From an uncultured Acidimicrobiales bacterium (GTDB lineage: Bacteria > Actinomycetota > Acidimicrobiia > Acidimicrobiales > UBA10347), in assembly GCA_943788915.1 (NCBI GenBank), contig CALSSD010000012.1:62001-126000 (forward strand): DNA of 64,000 bases. Direction: 5' to 3'. The notes below the pieces were generated by a model that worked only from the letters and a program-made list of their open reading frames with translations, was not told where the DNA came from and did not search any database. Below are positions 1-10,604 of this stretch, piece by piece (positions within the stretch are counted from its first letter, which is position 1; each line of letters opens with the position of its first letter). A program made the position numbers and the translations under genes.

Positions 1-503
1 CTATGGATGATCCGCCTAAAACATCGACTCGAAGGACCTCGGTGGGCCTTCGATCCAGTTGGTACTGTGTGGCTCGGAAGATCAGGGATGTCGAGATGGC
101 CGAGCCAGTGGTCCTGATTGGGACTGAGCGCCACGTGCTGCGCGACGCCAGCCACGGACCCCGGGTTATCGGGCGCGAATATCGGGCGGACGCGCAGACT
201 AGATCGACGACCTCATCTCCTGTAGGCCTCACGTGTCTCAGCATCTGCGCATCGTGGACGAATGCAACGCCCCGCTCGAAAGGCGCGTCGTGTCCGCCGC
301 CAACGGGTCCAAAGCTGACGACTCGCGCTTGCCCGCGCCGACTATGCGTCCCCTGCAACCAAACGCATTTGCACGCTTCAGGTGGCACCATGTGTGGGTC
401 GAGACTGGGTCGAGAACGCTCGGTAGTCGCGGCCTGCAGCACAACCGGGTGCGCTGCACTACCGGCGACATGCAGGTAATCGCTGTCAAGGGGAAGATCT
501 TGG

Positions 504-680
504 TCATTGTTCGGGTCCGCTCTGGTTGAGGAGTTTGGTGAAGAGTTCGGTTCGTTGGGTTTGGTCGTGGGCAGCGGCGTGGTCGCGTTGGCGGAGCACG
601 ACTGGTTGAAATGTTTGGTCGGTGGTGAAGTGGACGCAGGTCTCGCAGATTGATTCGAAGCTGCAGTCGAGTTGAAGCGG
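504..680 (-). pseudogene. C-terminal remnant of an actinobacterial tyrosine recombinase/integrase
   Basis: Manual minus-strand translation gives PLQLDCSFESICETCVHFTTDQTFQPVVLRQRDHAAAHDQTQRTELFTKLLNQSGPEQ*. This resembles the Cys-rich tail (P..LDC.FESICETC.FF.T) of actinobacterial paired-integrase elements. No catalytic domain is present upstream. Confidence 0.65.
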
Positions 681-1025
681 TGAAGGCCGGTGGGATCGAT
701 CGCAGGCGCTGCTGAATCGGCAGTTCCCTGTAGCGGTCGGTGTGGGAGACGGGGCAGCGTTCGCTCAGGTCGGCCAGGATCTTGGGGGAATGCGCAGCTC
801 CGCATCGCTGAGGTGATCGAAGTCGGTCGCCCGGTCTTCGACTGGCGGGACGATCAGCCATGGGCTGCTCCCGTTTGGCTTGCGTCGATTTGCTCTATCA
901 CCACTCCTTCGGTTCCGTCGCCGATCGCTCGATGCCGGAACTGCCGATACCCGGACGTACTATCGAACGGCCCGGACATGCCGACGCGATCGCGCCGGGT
1001 CCGATTCGACCGAGGAGACAGAACA

Positions 1026-1937
1026 ATGACCGAGCAACTGGGATTCGACGGCAGGGTCGCGATCGTCACCGGGGGCGGAGGTGGTCTCGGTCGCGAGCAT
1101 GCGTTGATGCTGGCTTCGCGAGGCGCCCTCGTCGTCGTCAACGATCTCGGCGGCGCGGTCGACGGCACCGGTAGCGACAAGGGCGCGGCCGAGCGGGTGG
1201 TCGACGAGATCAAGACGGCGGGAGGCGAAGCCGTCGCCGACACCAACTCGGTGGCGACCGCCGAGGGCGGCGCCGCGATCGTGCAGACGGCCCTTGATGC
1301 CTACGAGCATGTCGACATCGTGATCAACAACGCCGGCATCCTGCGCGACAAGGCGTTCCACAACATGACGCCCGAGCAGTTCGAGTCGGTACTCGACGTG
1401 CACCTGCGGGGCGCCTTCCACGTCACGCAGCCGGCGTGGCCCCATATGCGCGAGCAGAACTACGGCCGCGTCGTGTTGACGTCGTCGGCAGCCGGGGTGT
1501 TCGGCAACTTCGGTCAGGTGAACTATGGGGCTGCGAAGATGGCGCTGGTCGGTTTCGCCAACGCGCTGGCGATCGAGGGGGCCCGGTTCAACATCCTGGC
1601 CAATGCGATCACGCCGGTCGCCGAGACCCGGATGACCGAGGACCTGATCGCTGGCGGCGGGCTCGCCGGCAAGATCGGTCCCGAGTATGTTGCGCCACTC
1701 GTGACCTACCTGTGCCACGAGTCGTGCGAGGCGACCGGGCGCGTCTTCACGGTCGGCGGTGGCCGCGTCGCGGAGGTTTTCATCGCCGAAGGGCCCGGCT
1801 TCGTCGACGCCGACCTCTCGCCCGAATCGATCCGGGACCACTGGGACGAGGTCGTCGACCAGGACGGCTACACCGTGCCGCGCAACGCCAACGACGAGCT
1901 CCGCTTCTTCCTAAAGCAGCTTGGCTCCCGGCTCTAG
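1026..1937 (+). CDS. SDR oxidoreductase, MFE-2/3-hydroxyacyl-CoA dehydrogenase-like
   Basis: TGGGGGLG, VVVNDLG, NNAGILRD and NYGAAK motifs; GAGGAG RBS before the ATG at 1026. Confidence 0.9.
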   Translation: MTEQLGFDGRVAIVTGGGGGLGREHALMLASRGALVVVNDLGGAVDGTGSDKGAAERVVDEIKTAGGEAVADTNSVATAEGGAAIVQTALDAYEHVDIVINNAGILRDKAFHNMTPEQFESVLDVHLRGAFHVTQPAWPHMREQNYGRVVLTSSAAGVFGNFGQVNYGAAKMALVGFANALAIEGARFNILANAITPVAETRMTEDLIAGGGLAGKIGPEYVAPLVTYLCHESCEATGRVFTVGGGRVAEVFIAEGPGFVDADLSPESIRDHWDEVVDQDGYTVPRNANDELRFFLKQLGSRL

Positions 1938-2527
1938 CTGTACGTGAACACGATGTTGGTGACAGATCACTGAGGGGTTGAGATCTGCTGGATCATTGTG
2001 AAGTTGCTGCTTCGCACGATCCCGGAGGTCTTCGTGTCTCACCGTAATCCCGTTTCCGGCGGGCGCCAGAGTCGCGATGGTCGGATCCAGTGAAGCGGCC
2101 CCGGCGTACGCTCGGGGTCGGCTGCGATCCAGGCCCATCCGAACCCGGTCGGCAATGGCTCCGGCGGTCGAGCAAATTGATCAGGATGAGCGCTGCACGG
2201 TTGTGAGCGAGCGCTCGTCAGCGGACGCAGCTCCATCACTTCTGCTGTCCAGACCCTCCGACGCTAGATGACGAGATCGTGTAACAGCCGGACGGCTCGG
2301 GCTCGCCCATCGGGCGCTCAGCGCCAAACCGCAGGCGGCCCCTAACAGGGCTTGACAACCAACGATTGTGGATGTGGGCCTGATCGCGCAGACGCACCGC
2401 CGCCAACCGACCCTAGGTCAGTGGTGCAGTTCGCCGCGGATGAGTTCAACAACGACGATAGGCGGCCCAGGTGCTCGGAGTAGGATCGTCGTTGTGAAGG
2501 ACCGACCCCACACTCTGAGAGGCTCAG

Positions 2528-2799
2528 ATGAACCAAGACCGTGCTCAGCTGCGCACTGATCTGTGCGACGCGCTTGAGACTCTGATCGGGAGTCTGTCGG
2601 CAGGCGGCCATTCGCACTGGGTTGAATGGTTGCAGTCTGCTTGCAGCGTCTGCAAGCGGGCGACGATACCTATGCTGTCGGGTACCTACTGTCGGCGTTC
2701 GGCGGCAGGGGCAGCCTGAACGGCATCTTGTACGTCGCAACAGGCGAGACATGGCGATTGGCGAGCAAGCTTGAGCGAATGTTCCGTCAGGACTTGTAG
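2528..2799 (+). pseudogene. DUF6966-like small protein, frameshifted near 2642
   Basis: First frame ...GHSHWVEWLQSA continues in another frame as QRLQAGDDTYAVGYLLSAFGGRGSLNGI...QDL*; resembles the HW..W...LLSAYGGMGS.ND pattern. Confidence 0.5.
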
Positions 2800-2919
2800 A
2801 CGCATCTTCATCGAAGCAGTGATGAGCGAAGCTACGAAGGAGGACCCGATCGGGCTTCCGCGATCGGCGTCGTGCCTCTTTCCAGCCTGAAAGACCTGGA
2901 CATATCAGGAAAAATATTG

Positions 2920-2993
2920 TGGGCGTTGAGGGACTTGAACCCCCGACCCTCTCGGTGTAAACGAGATGCTCTAGCCAACTGAGCTAAACGCCC
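2920..2993 (-). tRNA. tRNA-Val (anticodon TAC)
   Basis: Reverse complement GGGCGTTTAGCTCAGTTGGCTAGAGCATCTCGTTTACACCGAGAGGGTCGGGGGTTCAAGTCCCTCAACGCCCA folds as a cloverleaf with anticodon loop TTTACAC and T-loop GTTCAA; CCA not encoded. Confidence 0.97.
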
Positions 2994-3020
2994 TGAGGGG
3001 CACGAGACTAGCGGCTGCAA

Positions 3021-3290
3021 TTGCCTTTGGCGACCCCGAAGGCGATCTCTCCACTGATCTCTGTCCGGGATGCCGTTCCCAGCGACGCAACGCTAGAAGA
3101 CGACGGTTTGTTCTTCATGGTTTACGACGACCTCAAGGGTCTTGCCACCGACTACATGGCCTGTCAGCGCCTTCGCTGCGGCGTCGAGCTCGCTACTCAA
3201 AAAGATACGAGCCCTCGAGCCTTTGACCTTGAACTCAGTCACGTCACCATATGCGCCACACCGGGCCGCGGAACACCCGCCGGAAAGTGA
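3021..3290 (+). pseudogene. possible fragment of an ECF sigma factor N-terminus
   Basis: LFFMVYDDLKGLATDYMACQR resembles the LFPLVYDELRRLA..YM..ER segment of TIGR02999-type ECF sigma factors; the rest does not match. Confidence 0.3.
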
Positions 3291-3305
3291 TCTAGGCTGG
3301 CTCTG

Positions 3306-3944
3306 ATGACCGCCATAGCGACACGACCGATGCTCAAGGGCTGGTCTCATCTCCTTGCCGCTGTTGCTGCGATCACGTTGTGCCCGATCTTGGTCGCCTT
3401 GTCGCCTCCGGGCACCAAATGGTCTGCCGCTATCTTCAGCGCAGGTGTGATCGCGTTGTTCACAATTTCAGGCTTGTTCCATCGGGTTCAATGGAATCCT
3501 CGGCAACACAAGATCATGCAGGCCCTTGATCACTCGATGATCTTCATTGTGATCGCGGCCACCTACACGCCGATCGCAGCGGTCGCTCTACCGGATCCCC
3601 AAGGCCGTTTGATCCTCACCATCGTATGGGCAGGTGCAATCGGGGGAGTACTGCTGAATCTCGCTTGGCCCCAAGCGCCCCGGCCTGTCGTGGTCGCTCC
3701 GTATCTGATCGTTGGGTGGGTTGCTGTGGTTGTCGTGGTCGACGTTTGGCGAGCGCTTGGCGTCGCTGGGTTTATCCTGCTCGTTGCTGGGGGACTGCTA
3801 CACAGCTTCGGTGCTGTGGTCTACGCCCGTAAACGTCCTGACCCCTGGCCCACCGTGTTCGGTTTCCACGAACTGTTTCACCTGTTCGTGATCGGCGGCA
3901 TTGCCTGTCATTACGTGGTTGTCGCATTCTTCGCACTGCGTTAG
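3306..3944 (+). CDS. hemolysin III / PAQR-family membrane protein
   Basis: SGLFH, LDHSMIF, TYTP and GFHELFHLF motifs; about 7 hydrophobic segments. Confidence 0.92.
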   Translation: MTAIATRPMLKGWSHLLAAVAAITLCPILVALSPPGTKWSAAIFSAGVIALFTISGLFHRVQWNPRQHKIMQALDHSMIFIVIAATYTPIAAVALPDPQGRLILTIVWAGAIGGVLLNLAWPQAPRPVVVAPYLIVGWVAVVVVVDVWRALGVAGFILLVAGGLLHSFGAVVYARKRPDPWPTVFGFHELFHLFVIGGIACHYVVVAFFALR

Positions 3945-4016
3945 GCGTTTGCTGGTTCAGAATCGCCACAGCTGCACCCCGACCCGCCACTGCCTTTGGC
4001 GGGACACCAATGGTCG

Positions 4017-5180
4017 TTACGACCTGCGGATACCGATCGTTAACAGTGCCACGCCTATCACCGCGGCGCTGACCGAGATGGTGATCGGTCCTTTGATGCC
4101 AAATGACTCGTAGGTCACGCCACTGATCATGATCCCCACGCCGCGAGCCGCAGTGCCGACAGCACTGTTCGCTGCGAGGGCACGACCACGCGCTTGTGGC
4201 ATTGCTTCGCTGACGATTGAGAACGATGTCACGATCGAGAACTCGAAGCCGAGAAAGAAGATAAGCAGGCCAAGCGCGCCGATAGCGAGGGATGTGCCTG
4301 CTTGGGACATCACGAGGAGCCCCACAACGGCGATGGAGAGCGCAACCCGAGTCGACTGAATCGGCCCGGCGCGATCAGCAATGGCAGCAGAGCTTGACGA
4401 AGCGGCAAATTCCGCAGCACCAAAGGCCATGGCAACAAGGCCTACGCCACCGGTGGAAACACCGAGCACATCATTGAGCCACGTTCCGGCGATGACAATA
4501 GTGGTCAACCCCGTTGTAGCGATCGCCGCAGAGGCCCCAATCAGAATCCATGCGTCCAAGGTCAGCGGCTGGCGAACGACAGGAGCGGTTGCGTCGGCGA
4601 GAGGCACGGATCCATCGCGACTTCGGCCGACCGTGAACGCCATGATCGCCAGCAGTGCAGAGAGCACGGCGAAGGGCGCTCGCCATCCAAACAGGTTTAT
4701 CAGCACTGCTATCAGTGGTGCTCCGACCAGAAGAGCGGACGCCCACGAGGTCTCGAACACTCCAATCGTGCGCGCCCGACGTTGGAACGGCACACGTCGG
4801 CTAAGAAAAGCGTGGCCGCTGACGGTGAACGCGGAGGCAGCGACGATGAGGGTCACATAGGACACGGCGAAGATCCACAGGTTCCCAACCAACGCACCCG
4901 CGTAAGACACCGCTGCGAGCGCCAATGCCCCAACCATGATCCTTCGCTCTCGGCCACCATCGAGTTGACGGCCAATGAGCAGCGTTGACAGCCCAGCGGT
5001 CTCACCAACACCAAGAATCGTCGTCAGACGAACTGTGGTCGTCGAGAATGCTTCAGCCAACGTCGGCAGAAAGAACGGCAGCCATCGCAGCGCAGTGTTG
5101 ATCACGGCTTTTGCACCGGTGAGTTGCATCAACTGGCCTCGACCAATGTCTGCGGAGGCTTGCAGCCCGTCGGTGCTCAT
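4017..5180 (-). CDS. MFS transporter
   Basis: About 12 hydrophobic segments; FGWRAPF and ADRAG loop motifs. Confidence 0.85.
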   Translation of the reverse strand: MSTDGLQASADIGRGQLMQLTGAKAVINTALRWLPFFLPTLAEAFSTTTVRLTTILGVGETAGLSTLLIGRQLDGGRERRIMVGALALAAVSYAGALVGNLWIFAVSYVTLIVAASAFTVSGHAFLSRRVPFQRRARTIGVFETSWASALLVGAPLIAVLINLFGWRAPFAVLSALLAIMAFTVGRSRDGSVPLADATAPVVRQPLTLDAWILIGASAAIATTGLTTIVIAGTWLNDVLGVSTGGVGLVAMAFGAAEFAASSSSAAIADRAGPIQSTRVALSIAVVGLLVMSQAGTSLAIGALGLLIFFLGFEFSIVTSFSIVSEAMPQARGRALAANSAVGTAARGVGIMISGVTYESFGIKGPITISVSAAVIGVALLTIGIRRS

Positions 5181-5481
5181 GCCTGGGGCAGGCTATCCCC
5201 GGCGTTCGCGTGCACAGGTGCGAACAGTCGCGCGATGTTGGGCCAGGAACATGGGCTCGTTGGCTTCGGACTGTGACACATGTCGGCTGTGCACGCCTCA
5301 GAGACGACAACAGGGTTCTCGTCGGATGGAGAGATCATGGGTCGTACACCGCTGGTTCGGTTGGTCAGGGCGAGCTTTGTCCGTTCGGGTTGTCACCCCG
5401 AGTGATCGACACGTTTGACTTCATGCATTGATCTGTCGCAACGGCCGTCTGGCCCGACCAAGACCACTAGTATTTCGCGTC

Positions 5482-8041
5482 TTGACTACGACACCGGCTC
5501 CACGACCTACGCGGGAACAGCTCGCAGCACTCAGCGCTAGAAGAAAAGGCAGCGATCACTGCAGGGTATGACATTTGGACCGTGGCAGGCATCGAGTCGA
5601 TTGGTGTGCCGCCTCTGCGCATGACCGATGGCCCTAACGGGGCTCGGGGCGCCAAGAACACCCTTGGCTCCGGAGATGTCCGAGCGGTGTGTGTCCCAAC
5701 GGGCACTGCACTCGCTGCCAGCTTCGACACTGAGTTGCTTAGCCGTATCGGTGACTTGTTGGGCCGCGAGACTCGACAGAAGCGCGCTCGGGTTTTGCTG
5801 GCACCGACTATCAATCTGATTCGTTCGCCGCTCTACGGACGCTCGTTCGAAACGTATGGTGAGGACCCATGGCTGTCTGGTGTGCTGGCCGCAGCCTTCA
5901 TCACCGGTGTGCAGAATCAAGGTGTGGCCACAACACCAAAACACCTGATCGGCAACGAGGCTGAGTACCAGCGGACCACGATCAACTCGATCATCGACGA
6001 GCGCACCTTCCGCGAGGTTTACCTGCTCCCGTTCGAGTTCGCGATCCGGCGGGGTAAGGCCCTTGGCGTGATGACGTCGTACAACCGGGTCAATGGCACC
6101 TACGCCAGCGAAGACCCAGCGTTGTTGAATGGCATCTTGCGAGAAGAATGGGGCTTCGAGGGTCTTGTTGTGAGCGATTGGTTCGCTGCAGGCACAACCG
6201 TCGGAGCGCTTGAAGGCGGACTCGACGTCCAGATGCCCGGCCCAGATCGCTTCTTCGGCGCTCCGGTAGCCGAGGCCATCTCCAATGGCGAGGTCGACGA
6301 GTCTTTCCTAGATGCCATCGTCGACCGCCGCATCCATGTCCACGACGCTCTCGACGCGTGGAACAACGATGTCGATGAACCCGAACTCAGCGTGGAGCAC
6401 GACGCAGACCGCGAGCTCGCTCACGAAGCCGCCGCTGCTGCCATGGTCTTGCTCGAGAACGATGGGATGTTGCCGATGAGTCCCGACATTGGTTCGATCG
6501 CTGTCATCGGACCCAACGCTGTCACCGCACACATCATGGGCGGTGGTTCGTCACAGTTGCCTGCCCACCGTCGAGTCCCACCGGCCGAGGCGTTCCGTGA
6601 ACGTTTCGGTGATCGAGTCACTGTTGAGCAGGGCTGCATCATCGACAAGACCGCGCCACCGGTTCGCCCCGACGGCGGATTCGATATCGACCTCTTCATG
6701 AACGATGACTGGAGCGGACCGGCTGCAGCTCAGCTGACCCAGCCATCCGGCCGCACGTTCTACTTCGGTTCGCCTGATCCTGCCGTTGGCACCGAAGCAT
6801 TTACTGCTCGCATGACTGGCACTGTGACGCCGACGACCACCGGCGATCACACCTTTAGTCTCATCCAGGTCGGTCCGGCACGAGTGATCATCGATGGTCA
6901 GGTCGTGATCGATGGCATCAACGAAACACCTGAACGGGGCGAAGCATTCTTTGGCCTGGGCAGTGTCGAAATGTTGGTCACAGTGCCACTGACTGCGGGT
7001 GCGCCCGTCGACGTCGTGATCGAGTTCAACGGCGGGCGAGGCAATGGCATCAAGGGGCTGGTCGTGGGCCACAAACCACCACCGCCAACCGACCTGATCA
7101 CACGTGCCGTCACTGCAGCAGCTGCAGCTGATGTCGCGATCGTGATCGTCGGAACGAGCAGCGAGTGGGAGACCGAGGGCAACGATCGGGCCTCGATGGA
7201 TCTGCCAGGCGATCAGGTCGAACTGATTCAAGCCGTTTCGGCGGCCAACCCCAAGACGTGTGTCGTCGTCAATGCCGGGTCACCTGTCGATCTGAGCTGG
7301 ACCGACCTTCCCGCAGCAACACTGTTTGGCTGGTTGGGCGGGCAGGAAATGGCGTCGGCGCTGATCGATGTGTTGTTCGGCGACGCCGAGCCTGGCGGAC
7401 GTCTGCCGATGACCATGCCGCTGATGATCGAACACACGCCGTCCTACGGCACCTTCCCAGGAGAGTCGAACAACAGTCTCTATGCCGAGGGCACCTTGGT
7501 GGGTTACCGCTGGTACGACACCCGCAAGTTGGCGGTGCAGTATCCCTTTGGTTACGGCCAGTCGTACACCAGCTTTGGCTGGACCGAGCCGGTGGTCACC
7601 CGAACCGGATCTGTTTCATGCGACGTGGAGTTGACAGTCACCAATACTGGCGACCGTGCTGGCAGCGATGTAGTGCAGCTCTATGTCTCGCCGCCTGCGT
7701 CGAGCTTCACCAGGCCAGCGCAACAGTTGGCAGGTGTTGCCAAGGTGCATCTCGAAGCAGGCGAGTCACAAACGGTGACCATCGAGTTGAACCCTCGCAG
7801 TCTTGCGTTGTGGGATCCGGCCAACCAGGATCACATCGAAGCGCACAAGCGGCTCGCCGGATCTGGTGCTGGTGTGGGTTTGAGTGGCGGAAGTAGTCAT
7901 GCGGTTGAAGCAGGCTGGTACGTCGAGGCAGGCGACTACACCCTAAACATCGCACGTAGCGTGGCCGATGTCGCCTTCGCCGAGCCGTTCACCGTGAGCG
8001 AGCCGCTGGGCCCACTTCAGAACGAGGCAACCCTGCCCTAG
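5482..8041 (+). CDS. GH3 beta-glucosidase with PA14-like insert and Fn3-like tail; +1 frameshift near 5536
   Basis: MTDGPNGAR, GRSFETYGEDP, KH, MTSYN, SDW nucleophile and PFGYG motifs. TTG at 5482 (MTTTPAPRPTREQLAALS) joins LEEKAAITAG after removing one base. Confidence 0.9.
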
Positions 8042-8057
8042 AGGCAACCCTGCCCTA
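8024..8057. repeat. 17-bp tandem duplication overlapping the GH3 stop codon
   Basis: GAGGCAACCCTGCCCTA x2. Confidence 0.9.
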
Positions 8058-8128
8058 AGGAACGTGGCGAAACCCCAAGGCATCGCTAGCTCAGAACGTC
8101 GATCGACCAGCACATGGACGCGGCAAGC

Positions 8129-8149
8129 GACGTGCACGTAATGCACGTC
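8129..8149. terminator. possible hairpin between convergent genes
   Basis: GACGTGCA-CGTAA-TGCACGTC; no U-tract. Confidence 0.35.
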
Positions 8150-8228
8150 CCTTAACGAGTGGTTGACCTGATGCGCACACTGGCACACATCAGGTGTAGT
8201 GGGGTGCGTCGTCCCGATGGGACTCCGG

Positions 8229-9014
8229 CTAGTCCATGAACTCGGGTTCGCGGGCCACAAGTTCGTCCCAGAATGGCTGGAACTGGAACCAGCCAGAGAG
8301 GTCCTGACCTTGCACGTCCCAGCCTTGTTGAGCGATTTCGTCCGAAACTTCGATAGGAGTGCCTGCTGACATGGCAATCAGTTGTGACTGCATACAACGT
8401 TCGAGCGACACAAACCACCAGACCGCAGCATCCACGGAGCCGCCCGTGGTGATGTGGCCATGGTTCTGGTGAATCATGACCTTCTTGTCGCCGAGGGCCG
8501 CTGCCATCTGCGCGGAGATCTCGGTATCGACAACTGGTGTGCCGCTGCCGACCTTGCAATACGCAACGTCGTTGTAGAACATGGTGTGATCTTGGGAGAT
8601 CATCTTCAGTGGGGTGCCCAACGACGAGAATGTCCGTCCGTACATCGAGTGGCTGTGCGCAGCAGCGATGACATCGGGACGTGCCTTGTGGAGCTCGCTG
8701 TGAATAGCGAATGCAGCGGTGTTGACCGGGCGGTCGCCAACGACGACGTCGCCGTGATGATCGACACAGATCAGATCACTGACGGTCATGAGTTTGAAAT
8801 TGTGACCAAACGGATTCACCCAGAAACGATCTGGGAATTCAGGATCTCGCACCGTCACGTGGCCAGCAACACCCTCGGCAAGATTCAGCCGTCCCATGGT
8901 GCGAAGTCCAGCAGCCAGGCGCTGCTTACGGTGGAGGCGCTCGGCCTCGAAATCCATTTCGTCAGCCGCTTCAGGCTTTAGGTCTTCAATGAGTTCATCA
9001 AGTGTGTTCGCCAT
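8229..9014 (-). CDS. class II aldolase/adducin family protein
   Basis: EGVAGHVTVRDPE, AFAIHSELH, AAHSHS and NHGH metal-binding motifs. Confidence 0.92.
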   Translation of the reverse strand: MANTLDELIEDLKPEAADEMDFEAERLHRKQRLAAGLRTMGRLNLAEGVAGHVTVRDPEFPDRFWVNPFGHNFKLMTVSDLICVDHHGDVVVGDRPVNTAAFAIHSELHKARPDVIAAAHSHSMYGRTFSSLGTPLKMISQDHTMFYNDVAYCKVGSGTPVVDTEISAQMAAALGDKKVMIHQNHGHITTGGSVDAAVWWFVSLERCMQSQLIAMSAGTPIEVSDEIAQQGWDVQGQDLSGWFQFQPFWDELVAREPEFMD

Positions 9015-9096
9015 GGCAGGTCCCCTCAGAGTCTTGTACACAACATGCTAGTCGGGGTGCCCGACATGGAGCGACCTTGGGTCCTACAGTCAGGGC

Positions 9097-9432
9097 GTGC
9101 AAATCCTGCAAATGGACCCCAGCGAGATCGAAGCGTTACCCGTCGAGCTACGCGAACGTTTTCCTGATGTCGTCAACGATTTGCGTGACGGGGTCATCCA
9201 AGACATTCCCGATGCGGTGCTGAACCAGTTGCCATCGTCAGTTGTCGACCGCATCCCCGATGGCCTACTCGCCAGCAGCGTGGATACCACCTTCGTTATC
9301 GTCCTGGCTGCAATCGCAGGCATCGCCCTGCTCGGCTTCTTCTATGGCATGACCAAAGCCGCGGCCAAAGCCGCCGTGTTCTTCCTCGTCGTCGGCGGCA
9401 TCGCCGGATTCATGCTGTACGCGCAGTATTGA
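9097..9432 (+). CDS. small membrane protein with N-terminal (L/I/F)P repeats and two C-terminal TM helices
   Basis: Coding-like ORF with two hydrophobic stretches; TACAGT 6 nt before the GTG. Confidence 0.7.
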   Translation: MQILQMDPSEIEALPVELRERFPDVVNDLRDGVIQDIPDAVLNQLPSSVVDRIPDGLLASSVDTTFVIVLAAIAGIALLGFFYGMTKAAAKAAVFFLVVGGIAGFMLYAQY

Positions 9433-9620
9433 TTTCGTTCGCTTTGCTCACGGCGTTGGACGGTAGTCCACCTTGCTATCAACGCTTCGCGATTGCTGCT
9501 GCGGCTGTGTGAGGCTGAGCAAGTCGACGGACCCGGCGAACAGTTGGGGCGTTCCGCTGCGCTTCACGTGGACGCAGGCGGTTTGGCTTGTGGTGGGTGC
9601 TGACGAATAGGTTCAGCTCT

Positions 9621-10418
9621 ATGAGTGAACGATTTACAGACAAGGTCGCGGTAGTCACAGGTGGTGCCTCGGGAATTGGTGCGGCGACAGTTCGGCGGCT
9701 AGCGAGCGAAGGAGCATCGGTGGTTATTGCTGATCTTCAAGGTGACGCGGCCGAGGCATTGGCGCTGGATATCGGCGATGCGGCGATGCCTTATGGGCTA
9801 GACGTGACCGACGTAGCGGCGGTTGAGGCGCTGATGCAGGCGGCCGTCGACCACTTCGGCAAACTCGACATTGTCTTCAACAACGCCGGTATCAGTTCCC
9901 TCGGAAGGGTCGATTCGATCGACCTGGACGCGTGGCATCGGGTGATCGACGTTGACCTCAATGCAGTCTTCTACGGTTGCCGCGCCGCCATTCCCCATAT
10001 GCGAACGAATGGAGGTGGCGCAATCGTCAACACCGCGTCTATCTCCGGCCTATTCGGCGACTGGGGAATTCCTGCGTATAACGCGGCGAAGGGAGCGGTG
10101 ATGAACCTGACGCGAGCGATGGCCGCCGATCATGCCCGTGACAACATCAGGGTTAACGCTGTCTGCCCCGGCGGTGTCGAGACAGCAATGACCGACTCGT
10201 TGGTGAAGAGTCGGCGCGCCGCAGAACAGTATGAACGGTTGGTTCCGATGGCGCGCATGGGTGTTGCCGATGAAATCGCCAGCGCTGTTGCGTTCCTCGC
10301 AAGCGATGATGCCTCCTACGTGACCGGCCATGGGCTCGTCGTGGACGGTGGAGTGACCGCTACCACTGGCCAACCAAACTTCAGCGCACTAGCTGAACGA
10401 TGGTGGGCCGACGACTGA
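9621..10418 (+). CDS. SDR family NAD(P)-dependent oxidoreductase
   Basis: TGGASGIG, FNNAG, YNAAK and VDGG motifs. Confidence 0.92.
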   Translation: MSERFTDKVAVVTGGASGIGAATVRRLASEGASVVIADLQGDAAEALALDIGDAAMPYGLDVTDVAAVEALMQAAVDHFGKLDIVFNNAGISSLGRVDSIDLDAWHRVIDVDLNAVFYGCRAAIPHMRTNGGGAIVNTASISGLFGDWGIPAYNAAKGAVMNLTRAMAADHARDNIRVNAVCPGGVETAMTDSLVKSRRAAEQYERLVPMARMGVADEIASAVAFLASDDASYVTGHGLVVDGGVTATTGQPNFSALAERWWADD

Positions 10419-10532
10419 CGCGGATTAGACGACTATCTGCCTGCCAGAGCAGGCGTATTCCCGGGTTCACCCGTGCCTCCTGTCACGTAGCCGACACGGG
10501 TGTAATTCGTTACTGTAATCCACACAAATCCA

Positions 10533-10604
10533 TAGCGGCTTGAGCTCGATCCCCCTTTGAGTTCGCTGCTAAAACGCCCCGCCACTTCCCCCAGGCGGGG
10601 CGTT
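10533..10604 (+). ncRNA. 6C-RNA-like double hairpin with C-rich loops
   Basis: Hairpin 1 is TAGCGG..TGAGCTCGA-[TCCCCCT]-TTGAGTTCG-CTGCTA. Hairpin 2 is AACGCCCCGCC-[ACTTCCCCCA]-GGCGGGGCGTT, followed by a T-run. A -10-like TACTGT lies at 10511. Confidence 0.7.

Noticed and set aside
690..1025. Long N-terminal extensions in the ORF track (also 22406, 45593, 48867, 61763)
   Set aside because: Family homology and RBS/-10 positions point to later starts; the extensions are high-GC read-through.
2449..2495. 11-bp inverted repeat ACAACGACGAT..ATCGTCGTTGT
   Set aside because: A single occurrence with no U-tract or linked element; function cannot be supported.
3306..3944. Virulence hemolysin
   Set aside because: HlyIII/PAQR proteins are widespread membrane-homeostasis proteins; the name alone is not evidence.
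9433..9600. Small CGCT..GCT hairpin-like words suggesting a MITE or attC site
   Set aside because: No terminal repeats, second copy or integron integrase were found.
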